NCBI GenBank assembly: GCA_963850215.1
Contig: CAWKKI010000004.1
Span: 143,588 to 207,587, forward strand
Direction: 5' to 3'
Length of the DNA: 64,000 bases
DNA from: an uncultured Actinomycetota bacterium
GTDB lineage: Bacteria > Actinomycetota > Actinomycetes > UBA12327
The notes under the pieces: model-generated
What the model saw: the letters and a program-made list of their open reading frames with translations, nothing else
Told to the model about the DNA's origin: nothing
The model's database searches: none
Shown here: positions 55,881 to 64,000 of the stretch, one piece after another
Layout of the letters: each line of letters begins with the position of its first letter
How positions within the stretch are numbered: the first letter of the stretch is position 1
Made by a program: the position numbers and the translations under genes

Positions 55881-57365
55881 ATGACCGAGCTCACCGGCCC
55901 CTACGACAGCGTTCGCGACTACTTCGCGGCACTCGAGGCGACGGGCAATCTCGTTCGGATTCCGGAGATGGATTCCGACGAGTTCGAGACGACCGCGTTT
56001 TGCTACCGAATCATCGAGAAGTTCGGCTACTGGCAAGCGCCGGCGTTCCTCGTCGAGCGAGTGAAGATCAACGGCGAGTGGGTCCAGGGCCCATTAGTCG
56101 GCAATGCGTACGGGCCCTGGGCAGCCGAAGCCCTCGGCTTCGGTGTGGAAGACGTGACGTCGAACCACGAGCAGATGTACCGCAAGGCGTTGGACAAGGT
56201 GTCGACCCGGCTGGCCTTCGGCGGCTTCAACCGAATCGCGCCGAAGGAGATCAGCCCTGCAGATGCGCCGGTCAAGGAAGTCATCCTCTCCGGCGACGAC
56301 ATCGACATCACGAAGTTCGCGTTCATCCAGTCGAACCCTGCAGACGCCGGTCGCTACATCACGACCGGATCGGTGATCCTGCACGACGACGAGCTCGGCC
56401 GAAACGTCGGCACCTACCGCTGTCAGATCAAGGGACCGCGTCAGCTCGGCGTGAACCCAGAGCCTGGTCAAGACGGCTGGCGCATCCTGATGGCCAAGAA
56501 GGCCCGCGGCGAGAAAGTCGCCCACTGCTCGATCGTCGTCGGTGCCGACCCGATCCTCTTCGCAACGAGCAGCTCGAAGATCGGCGGTCCGTTCCAAGAC
56601 GAGTTGTCACTGGCGGGCGGCCTGCGAGACAAGCCGGTCGAGGTGGTCAAGAGCGAGACCTCTGACCTCATCGTTCCAGCGCACGCCGAGATGGTGATCG
56701 AGGGCGAGATTCCGCTCGACGACTCGCTGCCAGAGGGTCCGTTCGCGGAGCTCTACGGCTATCTCGGTAAGGCGAAGACCGAGAACTTCTACATGAACAT
56801 CACTCGCATCACGCATAGGCACAACCCGATCATCATCAACGCCTACACCGGCGTCACTCGCGGCTTCTTGACCGCGCCGATGGAGGCGTCGTTCAAGGCG
56901 CGCTTCAAGATGATGATTCCTGGCCTGCAGAACATGCACATTCCCACGCAAGCGATGGGCATCTACGTCATCTCGATCGACAAGACCCAGCCCGGACAAG
57001 GTATGTCCGCGGGGCACGCGTTCTCTGCATCGTTCGGTTTGGCGAAGGTGACGATCGTCGTCGACAAGGACGTCAACATCTATCGCTTCGACGACGTGCT
57101 CGCCGCGATCGGCTCACGTTGGCAGCCTTATCCGGCTGCAACGATCATCCGGCAGACGCAAGGCATGCAGCTCGACCCGTCTGCACCGCGCAAGATGCTG
57201 ACCTCGAAGATCGTGATCGATGCGACGCGGCAGATGCCGATCGAAGGCGGCCCCGAAGAAGTCGCCCCGGTGTCGAAGGTGCTGTTGATGGAGGGCGCGT
57301 CGCACGCGTTCGACCTCGTCGACAGCAAGTGGGATTCGTATTTCGCCTCATTGCAAAACCGCTGA
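55881..57365 (+). CDS. UbiD family decarboxylase
   Basis: 494 aa with a UbiD-like core (VGTYRCQIKGPRQLG, IVVGADP, EGPFAELYGY). Confidence 0.85.
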   Translation: MTELTGPYDSVRDYFAALEATGNLVRIPEMDSDEFETTAFCYRIIEKFGYWQAPAFLVERVKINGEWVQGPLVGNAYGPWAAEALGFGVEDVTSNHEQMYRKALDKVSTRLAFGGFNRIAPKEISPADAPVKEVILSGDDIDITKFAFIQSNPADAGRYITTGSVILHDDELGRNVGTYRCQIKGPRQLGVNPEPGQDGWRILMAKKARGEKVAHCSIVVGADPILFATSSSKIGGPFQDELSLAGGLRDKPVEVVKSETSDLIVPAHAEMVIEGEIPLDDSLPEGPFAELYGYLGKAKTENFYMNITRITHRHNPIIINAYTGVTRGFLTAPMEASFKARFKMMIPGLQNMHIPTQAMGIYVISIDKTQPGQGMSAGHAFSASFGLAKVTIVVDKDVNIYRFDDVLAAIGSRWQPYPAATIIRQTQGMQLDPSAPRKMLTSKIVIDATRQMPIEGGPEEVAPVSKVLLMEGASHAFDLVDSKWDSYFASLQNR

Positions 57366-57377
57366 AAGACTGTGGCC

Positions 57378-58367
57378 ATGGAATACACGTACATGGGTCG
57401 CAGTGGGCTGTCCGTATCGCGCCTGATTCTCGGCACGATGAACTTCGGGCAGTACGTCAACGAAGAGGATTCGCATCGGCTGTTGTCCGAGGCCGTGGAG
57501 TTCGGCATCAACGTGGTTGACACGTCAAACTCGTACGGCGGGAACGCTGGCGGCGGTACCAGCGAGAGCTTCATCGGTCGGTGGTTCGCCAAGGATCCGG
57601 CCCGCCGAGAGCGAGTGATCCTCGCGACCAAGGCGTACAGCTCTGACCAGGGTTATGGCGCGACCGGCGATTGGCCCAACACCACGAAGTTGTCCGCGTA
57701 CAACATTCGTCGCTCCTTCGATGCTTCCTTGGAGCGTTTGCAGACTGACCACATCGATCTGTTCCAGATGCATCACATCGATCGCGCCACTCCGTTTGAC
57801 GAGATCTGGGAGGCCTTCGATGTCCTGCGTCAGCAGGGCAAGGTCACGTACTTCGGCTCGTCGAACTTCGCTGGCTGGCACATCGCGAAGGCGTCCGAGG
57901 CGGCCGCGCGGCGCGGGTCGTTTGGTCTCGTGTCCGAGCAGTCGCTGTACAACCTGCTGCGCCGCGACATCGAGCTTGAGGTACTGCCCGCATGTCGCGA
58001 CTACGGCTTGGGTGTGATCCCGTGGTCGCCGCTGAGCGCCGGGCTGTTGGGCGGTGTGCTGCGCAAAGCCAAGGAGGGTCGGGCGGCCGGTCCGATGGTC
58101 GCGCGCGGCCTCGAGCTGCACGGCAAGGCGATCAAGTCTTGGGAGGACCTGTGCGACTCCGCTGGCCTGGTGCCCGCGGATGCCGCCTTGGCATGGTTGC
58201 TTGCGCAGCCAGGAGTGACTGGGCCGATCATCGGGCCGCGTACGTCCGAGCAACTGGCTGGCTCGATGTCCGCCCTCCACGTGACACTGGGCGAAGACGT
58301 CTTGTCGCGCATCGACGAGATCTTCCCGGGCCCGGGCGGAGCCGCGCCGGAGGCCTACGCCTGGTAG
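57378..58367 (+). CDS. aldo/keto reductase
   Basis: GLSVSRLILGTMNFG, DTSNSYGG and IDLFQMH are present. Confidence 0.85.
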   Translation: MEYTYMGRSGLSVSRLILGTMNFGQYVNEEDSHRLLSEAVEFGINVVDTSNSYGGNAGGGTSESFIGRWFAKDPARRERVILATKAYSSDQGYGATGDWPNTTKLSAYNIRRSFDASLERLQTDHIDLFQMHHIDRATPFDEIWEAFDVLRQQGKVTYFGSSNFAGWHIAKASEAAARRGSFGLVSEQSLYNLLRRDIELEVLPACRDYGLGVIPWSPLSAGLLGGVLRKAKEGRAAGPMVARGLELHGKAIKSWEDLCDSAGLVPADAALAWLLAQPGVTGPIIGPRTSEQLAGSMSALHVTLGEDVLSRIDEIFPGPGGAAPEAYAW

Positions 58368-58380
58368 TTCGTCCGGCTCC

Positions 58381-59301
58381 TTAGGTGATGAAGCGGTGGA
58401 TGGCCTCGTTGGCGTGGTCTTGAAACGACGGGTCGGCCAGGTCGGGGACGATGTCCGCCTGGTTGACCACAGGACCCGTGAGCTTGTTGGCCGCGCTGGC
58501 GTAGAACACGCCACTTGTCAGTGACAGGTCGGTGACTCCGTCGACCATTCGCTTCGCGCCCACGTCGAGTTCGTGGGAGAAACCCAGGGTGGGCAGGACG
58601 TACTTGGCCGCTAAACGCATCGGCAATGGGAGGCCATCAGGTGCTTGGGTGCCGGTGGTGTTGCCAGGGCTCATGGTGATGAATCGGCGGTCGGGATGTT
58701 GGCGGGCCAGGTAGGACATCCACAGGGCGCCTATGTACTTGGCCTGCGCGAAAGCGAGGTTGAAGTCAGGCTTCGTGTCGGCGAAGTAGCTGCCGTCGAT
58801 GACAGTGGCGAGCTCGTCGGCTGAGGTTGAGACGAACGATGGTCCCTTCATCCGCAACTTCGGGACCCCCGCGACTGCTTCACTTCCGGCCAAGACCGCA
58901 ACCTCGCCAAGCCGACCCTCGGCGAGGAGCCCTTCGAGGAGGACGACGTGGCCAAGGACGTTAGTCGCGAACACTGTGGTGACCCCGTCAGCGGTCAAGT
59001 CCATCGAGTGCGGGCTAATGACACCGGCGTTCATGACCAGCGCGTCGACGGATCCGTTGACGGCCGCCAGACCGGCTCGGACCGAGCCCGGGTCGGCTAC
59101 GTCCATGAGGACGATGTCGAAGATGGACCGTCCAGTCGCGGCTTCGAGATCGGCCAGCGCCGCCTTCGCCCGGTCTTGGTTCCGGCACGCCAGGTAGATG
59201 CGTGCGAACTCCGGACGTAGGGCCAGTTGCCGCGCCACATCTTTGCCGATCCCGGCGTTAGCCCCCGTAATCAGCGCTGTCTTTCTCGGGAGTGTGCTCA
59301 T
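58381..59301 (-). CDS. SDR family NAD(P)-dependent oxidoreductase
   Basis: The ATG at 59301 gives MSTLPRKTALITGANAGIGKDVA. The longer ORF-track start has no family-like sequence. Confidence 0.8.
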   Translation of the reverse strand: MSTLPRKTALITGANAGIGKDVARQLALRPEFARIYLACRNQDRAKAALADLEAATGRSIFDIVLMDVADPGSVRAGLAAVNGSVDALVMNAGVISPHSMDLTADGVTTVFATNVLGHVVLLEGLLAEGRLGEVAVLAGSEAVAGVPKLRMKGPSFVSTSADELATVIDGSYFADTKPDFNLAFAQAKYIGALWMSYLARQHPDRRFITMSPGNTTGTQAPDGLPLPMRLAAKYVLPTLGFSHELDVGAKRMVDGVTDLSLTSGVFYASAANKLTGPVVNQADIVPDLADPSFQDHANEAIHRFIT

Positions 59302-59401
59302 CGCGAATCGGTTTGTCCCCTCGCGTTTAAATGGGTTGTGTGACCCACTATCACGCAACTCGGACTGGGCTGTCAAACCCAAAATTGATAGCGTCGGAGG
59401 C

Positions 59402-60025
59402 ATGGTCAACGACACCAACCTCCGGCCGAGGCTGACCCCCAAGGGTGAGCGCACCCGAACGCGAATAGTTGAAACAGCCGCCGCCTTGATCCACGAACGA
59501 GGGGTCGCATCGACCACCTTGGAAGACGTCAAGGTGGCAGCGGAGGTGAGCGGCTCGCAGGTGTACCACTACTTTCCCGACAAGAACGATCTCGTGCAGG
59601 CGGTCATCGACTACCAAGCCGACACCATCGTCAAGCAGAACCGGCACGCCCTCGGCAGTGCGAACGGAGTCGAAGCCTGGCGGAACATGGTGATCACTGG
59701 CGCGACGCTGACCCAAGCAAAGGGCGGCTGCGCACTTGGTTCGCTTGGCGGTCAACTCGCCGAGAGCGACCCTGAGGCCAGAGCCCTCATCGCGGCCGGG
59801 TTCGATCAGTGGGCAGCCGCCCTCAGCGATGGACTGCGATCCCAACATGCGGAAGGCAAGTTCCCGTCCGACATCGACCCTGACGACCTCGCCACTACTC
59901 TGCTCGCCACGCTCCAAGGAGGGCTTCTACTGTCCCAGGTGCAACGGAGTACCCGCCCGCTCGAAACTGCGATCGACACCCTGCTCGCTCTTACGCTGCG
60001 CCGAGGATCGTCGGCCGCTACATAG
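59402..60025 (+). CDS. TetR/AcrR family transcriptional regulator
   Basis: The N-terminal HTH is RIVETAAALIHERGVASTTLEDVKVAAEVSGSQVYHYFPDK. The gene is divergent from the SDR gene. Confidence 0.85.
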   Translation: MVNDTNLRPRLTPKGERTRTRIVETAAALIHERGVASTTLEDVKVAAEVSGSQVYHYFPDKNDLVQAVIDYQADTIVKQNRHALGSANGVEAWRNMVITGATLTQAKGGCALGSLGGQLAESDPEARALIAAGFDQWAAALSDGLRSQHAEGKFPSDIDPDDLATTLLATLQGGLLLSQVQRSTRPLETAIDTLLALTLRRGSSAAT

Positions 60026-60046
60026 AGCTCAATCCCCACCGCCAAG

Positions 60047-60178
60047 TTAGTGATGCACGAGAGCGGCAATCACCACGACTGCAACGAGGACGATCAGCAC
60101 GACGGGAACGAGACGACGCCACGTGGACGGATGCACGGCAGCGAGCCTACGAGCCTTCAAGGCGCGGCAGCGACTCAC
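60047..60178 (-). CDS. possible 43 aa tail-anchored membrane peptide coupled to thpR
   Basis: Its GTG forms a GTGA overlap with the thpR stop. Product is VSRCRALKARRLAAVHPSTWRRLVPVVLIVLVAVVVIAALVHH. Confidence 0.3.
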   Translation of the reverse strand: MSRCRALKARRLAAVHPSTWRRLVPVVLIVLVAVVVIAALVHH

Positions 60179-60732
60179 CGGTCCGGTGCTGCAAGCGGCC
60201 AAGAAGCCAGGGTCTCGTATCGCGGATGCGGACCTAGGAACGACTGCACCAGATGCAGCTCATCGGGTTGCCACTCCGCACTAACGAAGCCCACGATCGC
60301 AGCGAGCACTTTGTCGTCGACGACAGCCGCGCGAGTTCGTCGCGCCAACGTCACATGCGGCGTGAAACGACGCGCATCAAGCGAGACACCCGCGCGACTC
60401 ACTGCCGAGCGAATTCGGTCGGCCGCAGCACGGAGCCCGTTGACATCACCGCCAAGTCCCATCCACAGCACGCGATCGTCGAATCGCCCGGCCTGCTGGA
60501 AACGAAGCCGTCCGATCGAAAGTCCGCGGGCCGAGGAGGTGACGGAGTCCAGCGCATCCTCGACGCGCTCGCGCTCGGCACCCCCGACCTCGCCGATGAA
60601 GCACAGCGTCACGTGCCAGCGACTGGAGTCCACCCAACGCAACTCATCGCGTGCGCTCGCGACGGGCGCGATGAACTCCTCAAGGGTTTCAACGACCTCT
60701 GCGGGCGGCTCGAGTGCGACGAACAGCCTCAT
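60175..60732 (-). CDS. thpR: RNA 2',3'-cyclic phosphodiesterase (2H family, LigT/ThpR)
   Basis: Two H-x-T-x motifs (WHVTLCF, PHVTLAR). Confidence 0.85.
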   Translation of the reverse strand: MRLFVALEPPAEVVETLEEFIAPVASARDELRWVDSSRWHVTLCFIGEVGGAERERVEDALDSVTSSARGLSIGRLRFQQAGRFDDRVLWMGLGGDVNGLRAAADRIRSAVSRAGVSLDARRFTPHVTLARRTRAAVVDDKVLAAIVGFVSAEWQPDELHLVQSFLGPHPRYETLASWPLAAPDR

Positions 60733-60802
60733 GACCTGAACCCGTGCCTCACGACCTCACCTTCTCAGCCACATCGAGGTGCGTGGGGGCTACCGTTGCC
60801 GC

Positions 60803-61114
60803 ATGTCCGACGTGTCGCGGGACGAACCAGGGCGTCGTCCTGCGCTCAACGCGGACGACATCCAGCCGCTCGACGCCGACGGCGTCAACGCCGTCACGAT
60901 CGGCACGATCCTGTGGCTCGTCGCATTCTTCGTTCTGCTTGCGATGCGACACCGCCTCGACGATCGCGGGGCGGGCTGGTGGATCGGGACGTGCGCAGTC
61001 GGCTTTGGGCTGGGCTGTCTTGGGCTTTGGTATGTGCGCAGGCGCCGAACGGTGTACCGCGCGGCTGCTCTCACCCAGACGAACGAATCCAACGGAGCCG
61101 CTCCTCAGGAGTGA
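60803..61114 (+). CDS. DUF2530-like small membrane protein
   Basis: Two TM helices (VTIGTILWLVAFFVLLA, WWIGTCAVGFGLGCLGLWY). Confidence 0.65.
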   Translation: MSDVSRDEPGRRPALNADDIQPLDADGVNAVTIGTILWLVAFFVLLAMRHRLDDRGAGWWIGTCAVGFGLGCLGLWYVRRRRTVYRAAALTQTNESNGAAPQE

Positions 61115-62016
61115 CCGAACTCCTCCGCGGCCTCATCTTCGCTGGGTGCTGGTCGGTGGGTGCGGTCGGTGGGTGCTGGCTCGGTCGGTGCTGGCTCGGT
61201 CGGTGCTGCTTCGGGCTCTTCCTCGGCCGTGGCCATGTCCACGATGTCGTAGGCGATCTCATCGATTACGTGCCCAACGACAGTCGGGACGTCTGAAGCC
61301 GCAACGACCGCGCCTTCGCTGTGTGCTCCGCAACCGAAGTCCAACGCGACCACACGACCATCGGCGGGCGAGAGATCGTTCGCACAAGCGCCGAAGGCCT
61401 GACTCATCGCGCCGCCTAGCCGAACCAGGAACCCGCACGTCGAGCACGGGGCAGGTGCGGCCTGAGCCATCTTCGATTTCGCCCCGAAGTCACCGAAGGC
61501 CCAACGATCCGAGGCCTCGTCGCGACCTTCGCGCGAGAGCACCCGCAGTCGGCCAAGGCCGAGCGCCCATTCCAACGGCTCGAGCAAGTCCGTGGTATCC
61601 AGGCCGTCCGCATCAGCACCCGTGTAGCCGGGCACTAGGCGCAAATCGTCGACCCGAGTGGGCAGAAGGTCGCCGACTCCGAGGTCTCCGGGTTGGATTC
61701 GTTCGCTCCACGGCACCCACGCGGGGGGCAAGAGCGATGATTCGCCCGGCAACAACACGATCTCGTCAACGGTCGGCGCCTTTGAGCGGGAGGCGCGAGC
61801 CAACGTGACCGACCAGCACCACCCCACGTAACCAGGCAGCTTCGCCTCGAACCGATGCGTGACCAGCCGCTCGCCATCCGAGGTCGCGCCCAGATGCTCG
61901 CCGACGACGTCGGTGCCTTCGTCGGCAATCAACGCCGCTCGCGCGAAGTCGACGGCTACGGCGTCGGCAAGTGTGGCGTCCAGCGCACGCGTGCGCTCAC
62001 CGATCGTTGGGGTCAC
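61105..62016 (-). CDS. DUF3027-like protein with Cys cluster and acidic PTEPA-repeat tail
   Basis: CSTCGF...FGACAN...DFGCGAHSE is present. The tail is encoded by a 15-nt tandem repeat at 61182..61226. Confidence 0.7.
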   Translation of the reverse strand: MTPTIGERTRALDATLADAVAVDFARAALIADEGTDVVGEHLGATSDGERLVTHRFEAKLPGYVGWCWSVTLARASRSKAPTVDEIVLLPGESSLLPPAWVPWSERIQPGDLGVGDLLPTRVDDLRLVPGYTGADADGLDTTDLLEPLEWALGLGRLRVLSREGRDEASDRWAFGDFGAKSKMAQAAPAPCSTCGFLVRLGGAMSQAFGACANDLSPADGRVVALDFGCGAHSEGAVVAASDVPTVVGHVIDEIAYDIVDMATAEEEPEAAPTEPAPTEPAPTDRTHRPAPSEDEAAEEFGHS

Positions 62017-62038
62017 GCGCCAAGGGTAGCCTCGATGC

Positions 62039-62764
62039 GTGGTCCAACGAGTCCTGGTCGTCGTCGCGGTCGACGAGGAAGCAGCAGCGATCTGCGCCGG
62101 ACTCGACCACGTCGACGCCGCTACTGACGACGCGAGCCCGTGGCCGTGGCGAAACGGCCGAATCGGCGATACGGACGTCGTCGTTCTCGTATCGGGTGTC
62201 GGCCCAGCGGCAGCAGCAGCGGCATCCGCCTACGCGCTGACGCGCGACGCAGACATCTCGTTGGTCCTCAACGCTGGCATCGGCGGTGGTTTCGACGGGC
62301 GAGCAAAGGTCGGCGATGTCGTGCTGGCGACTCGAATCGTTGCGGCCGACCTCGGCGCCGACCGAGGTGAACGATTCGAGAGCATCGCCGAGATGGGGTA
62401 CGGGTCTTCGTCGTTCAGCGTCGACGCAGATACGACGGTGATCGCCGCGAGTGCGTTGCACGATGGACGCATCACTGCGCGATCAGGAGCGATCCTCACA
62501 GTGTCGACCGTGACGGGTCGGCCCGAGGCAATCGAAGCCTTCGAGCGCGCACATTCGGATGCGGTCGCTGAGGGCATGGAGGGGTTCGGGGCCGCGACCG
62601 CCGCGCGCGCCTTCGGCAAGCCTGTGCTGGAGTTGCGCACGGTCAGCAACATCGTCGGTGAGAGTGACAAGGCCACGTGGGACTTCGTGGCCGCATTCGA
62701 TGCGTTGACCCGAGCCGTGGCGCTTGTCGTGCAAGCACCCTTCGCACCCGGCGCATCGCGATGA
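62039..62764 (+). CDS. mqnB: futalosine hydrolase (nucleosidase fold)
   Basis: PNP/MTAN-like pattern (VVLVSGVGPAAAAAA, EGMEGFG). ATGA-coupled to mqnD. Confidence 0.75.
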   Translation: MVQRVLVVVAVDEEAAAICAGLDHVDAATDDASPWPWRNGRIGDTDVVVLVSGVGPAAAAAASAYALTRDADISLVLNAGIGGGFDGRAKVGDVVLATRIVAADLGADRGERFESIAEMGYGSSSFSVDADTTVIAASALHDGRITARSGAILTVSTVTGRPEAIEAFERAHSDAVAEGMEGFGAATAARAFGKPVLELRTVSNIVGESDKATWDFVAAFDALTRAVALVVQAPFAPGASR

Positions 62765-63615
62765 CTGCATACCCAGGCGAAAGCGTGCTATCGACGGCCT
62801 ATTCGCCGTGCCCCAACGACACGTTCGTCTTCCACGCGTGGTCGCACGGCTTGCTCGCCGATGCGCCCGCGATCGATGTCACCTTTGCCGACATCGACAT
62901 CACCAACGAATGGGCAGGCCGCGACGCCTCACACGACCTGTTGAAGATCTCGTATGCGGCATTGCCATATGCGCGCGATCGCGGCTACCACCTGCTCGAC
63001 GCAGGCGGCGCACTTGGTCGGGGCTGCGGGCCGCTCGTACTTGATCGCGGTGAGTCGAGCAACGACCCGCTCTGGCTCGCGGGCCGGCGAATCGCGGTGC
63101 CGTCGTTGCGGTCGACCGCGTACTTGCTGATGCGCTTCTGGCTAGCCGACCTCGGCGTGGGTGAGCCTGACATCGTTGTGCTCCCGTTCCCCGAGATCAT
63201 GCCGGCGGTGGCGCGCGGCCAAGTGGACGCCGGTCTCGTCATTCACGAGGCGCGGTTTACCTACCGCGACCATGGGCTGAATGCCATAACCGATCTCGGC
63301 GAATGGTGGGAGTACGAACTCGGGCTGCCCATTCCGCTCGGCGCGATCGTCGTGCGCGACGGCCTGGACCGCGCGCGGCTCGATGACTGCACACGCGCAT
63401 CCGTCGAATACGCCTGGGCACATCCCGACGAGTCGCGTGCCTACATCGCAGCCAACGCACAGGAGATGGACGCAACGGTTCAGCAACGACACATCGACCT
63501 GTACGTCAACGAGTTCACCCGCGGACTCGGCGAGGAAGGGCGAGAAGCAGTGACCGCACTCCTCGCACTCGCGCGCGGGGCAGAACTCGTGCCCCCGTGC
63601 GACCCCTTCGGCTAG
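62761..63615 (+). CDS. mqnD: 1,4-dihydroxy-6-naphthoate synthase
   Basis: YSPCPNDTFVFHAW, KISYAALPY and GALGRGCGPLV are present. Confidence 0.85.
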   Translation: MTAYPGESVLSTAYSPCPNDTFVFHAWSHGLLADAPAIDVTFADIDITNEWAGRDASHDLLKISYAALPYARDRGYHLLDAGGALGRGCGPLVLDRGESSNDPLWLAGRRIAVPSLRSTAYLLMRFWLADLGVGEPDIVVLPFPEIMPAVARGQVDAGLVIHEARFTYRDHGLNAITDLGEWWEYELGLPIPLGAIVVRDGLDRARLDDCTRASVEYAWAHPDESRAYIAANAQEMDATVQQRHIDLYVNEFTRGLGEEGREAVTALLALARGAELVPPCDPFG

Positions 63616-63625
63616 TCAACCCTCG

Positions 63626-63673
63626 TTGTGACAGTGCGTAGGCGACCTATGGCACTCGCACGCACTGTCACAA
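63626..63673. terminator. perfect 14-bp inverted repeat between convergent mqnD and csp
   Basis: TTGTGACAGTGCGT, a 20-nt loop, then ACGCACTGTCACAA. Confidence 0.6.
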
Positions 63674-63681
63674 GTTGGATC

Positions 63682-64000
63682 TCAGGCGTCGAGGTCGTCA
63701 GCGACCGCACGCAGCACCGCAGCGGTTTTCTCGCCGGTGCGCTTGTCGGGGTAACGACCGCGCCGCAGCTGGTTGCCCACGCCGTCGAGCAGCTTGATCA
63801 GGTCCTCAACGATGACTGCGAGGTCATCGGCTGGCTTGCGCGCGGCCTGTGCCAGCGACGGCGGCGCCTCCAGCAGCGTCACCGTCAACGCCTGCTCGCC
63901 GCGCTTGCCGTCGGCTACACCGAACTCCACGCGAGTCCCGGGCTTTAGTGAGGGCACGCCAGCAGGCAACGCCGACTGATGCACGAACACATCGCCGCCA
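63682..64000 (-). CDS. cold-shock domain protein with C-terminal extension (5' end outside window)
   Basis: The frame is open to the window edge. ...GGDVFVHQSALPAGV... is the end of a CSD, followed by about 80 aa of helical tail. Confidence 0.8.
   Translation of the reverse strand, partial: GGDVFVHQSALPAGVPSLKPGTRVEFGVADGKRGEQALTVTLLEAPPSLAQAARKPADDLAVIVEDLIKLLDGVGNQLRRGRYPDKRTGEKTAAVLRAVADDLDA

Noticed and set aside
59302-59401. Palindrome search for a TetR operator in the SDR/TetR divergent spacer (GGGTTGTGTGACCC)
   Set aside because: Only the outer 4 nt are self-complementary, so I could not define a convincing operator by eye.
62024-62029. GGGTAG 10 nt upstream of the mqnB GTG as another SigF-class promoter
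   Set aside because: There is no G-T-N-T element at a 15-17 nt spacing. GGGTA alone is expected several times by chance.

Overview
High-GC actinobacterial-type chromosomal segment with about 70 protein genes, one tRNA-Arg(CCU) and one ydaO-type (c-di-AMP) riboswitch. I found no transposase, integrase, phage gene, CRISPR array or recognisable defence system.

The left ~47 kb reads as a stress/dormancy accessory region. It holds three hemerythrin genes, an F420-type LLM oxidoreductase and a lipid locus (PLD - DAG kinase - PLD facing DUF1206 - PAP2 - PAP2). It also holds two SDR + GH15 modules, otsA/otsB, CsbD, several tiny membrane proteins and a STAS / UsfX-like anti-sigma / SigF-type sigma factor module.

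The strongest signal not visible in the ORF list is a bipartite motif, G-T-N-T N15-16 GGGTA. This is the SigB/SigF promoter class. It sits directly 5' of at least eight of these units, including both arms of the sigma module, so the region looks like a concentrated alternative-sigma regulon.

Other candidates for uncharacterised systems:
- A translationally coupled GT4 - unknown - GH130-like - Pro/Thr-rich peptide operon.
- A putative papain-like peptidase - pirin - hemolysin III operon preceded by a 9-bp VNTR and spaced iterons.
- The PLD/DAGK/PAP2 phosphatidate-diacylglycerol locus.

Five genes are disrupted. Four carry frameshifts (hemerythrin, PoxB-like with four +1 shifts, GH130-like, NlpC/P60-FG-GAP fusion) and one SDR paralogue carries two internal deletions. 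This is either real gene decay or assembly indels.

The right ~14 kb is housekeeping: ideR, pdxH, citA, serC, ubiD-family, thpR, mqnB, mqnD, csp.

All family assignments come from motif recognition by eye; no searches were run.
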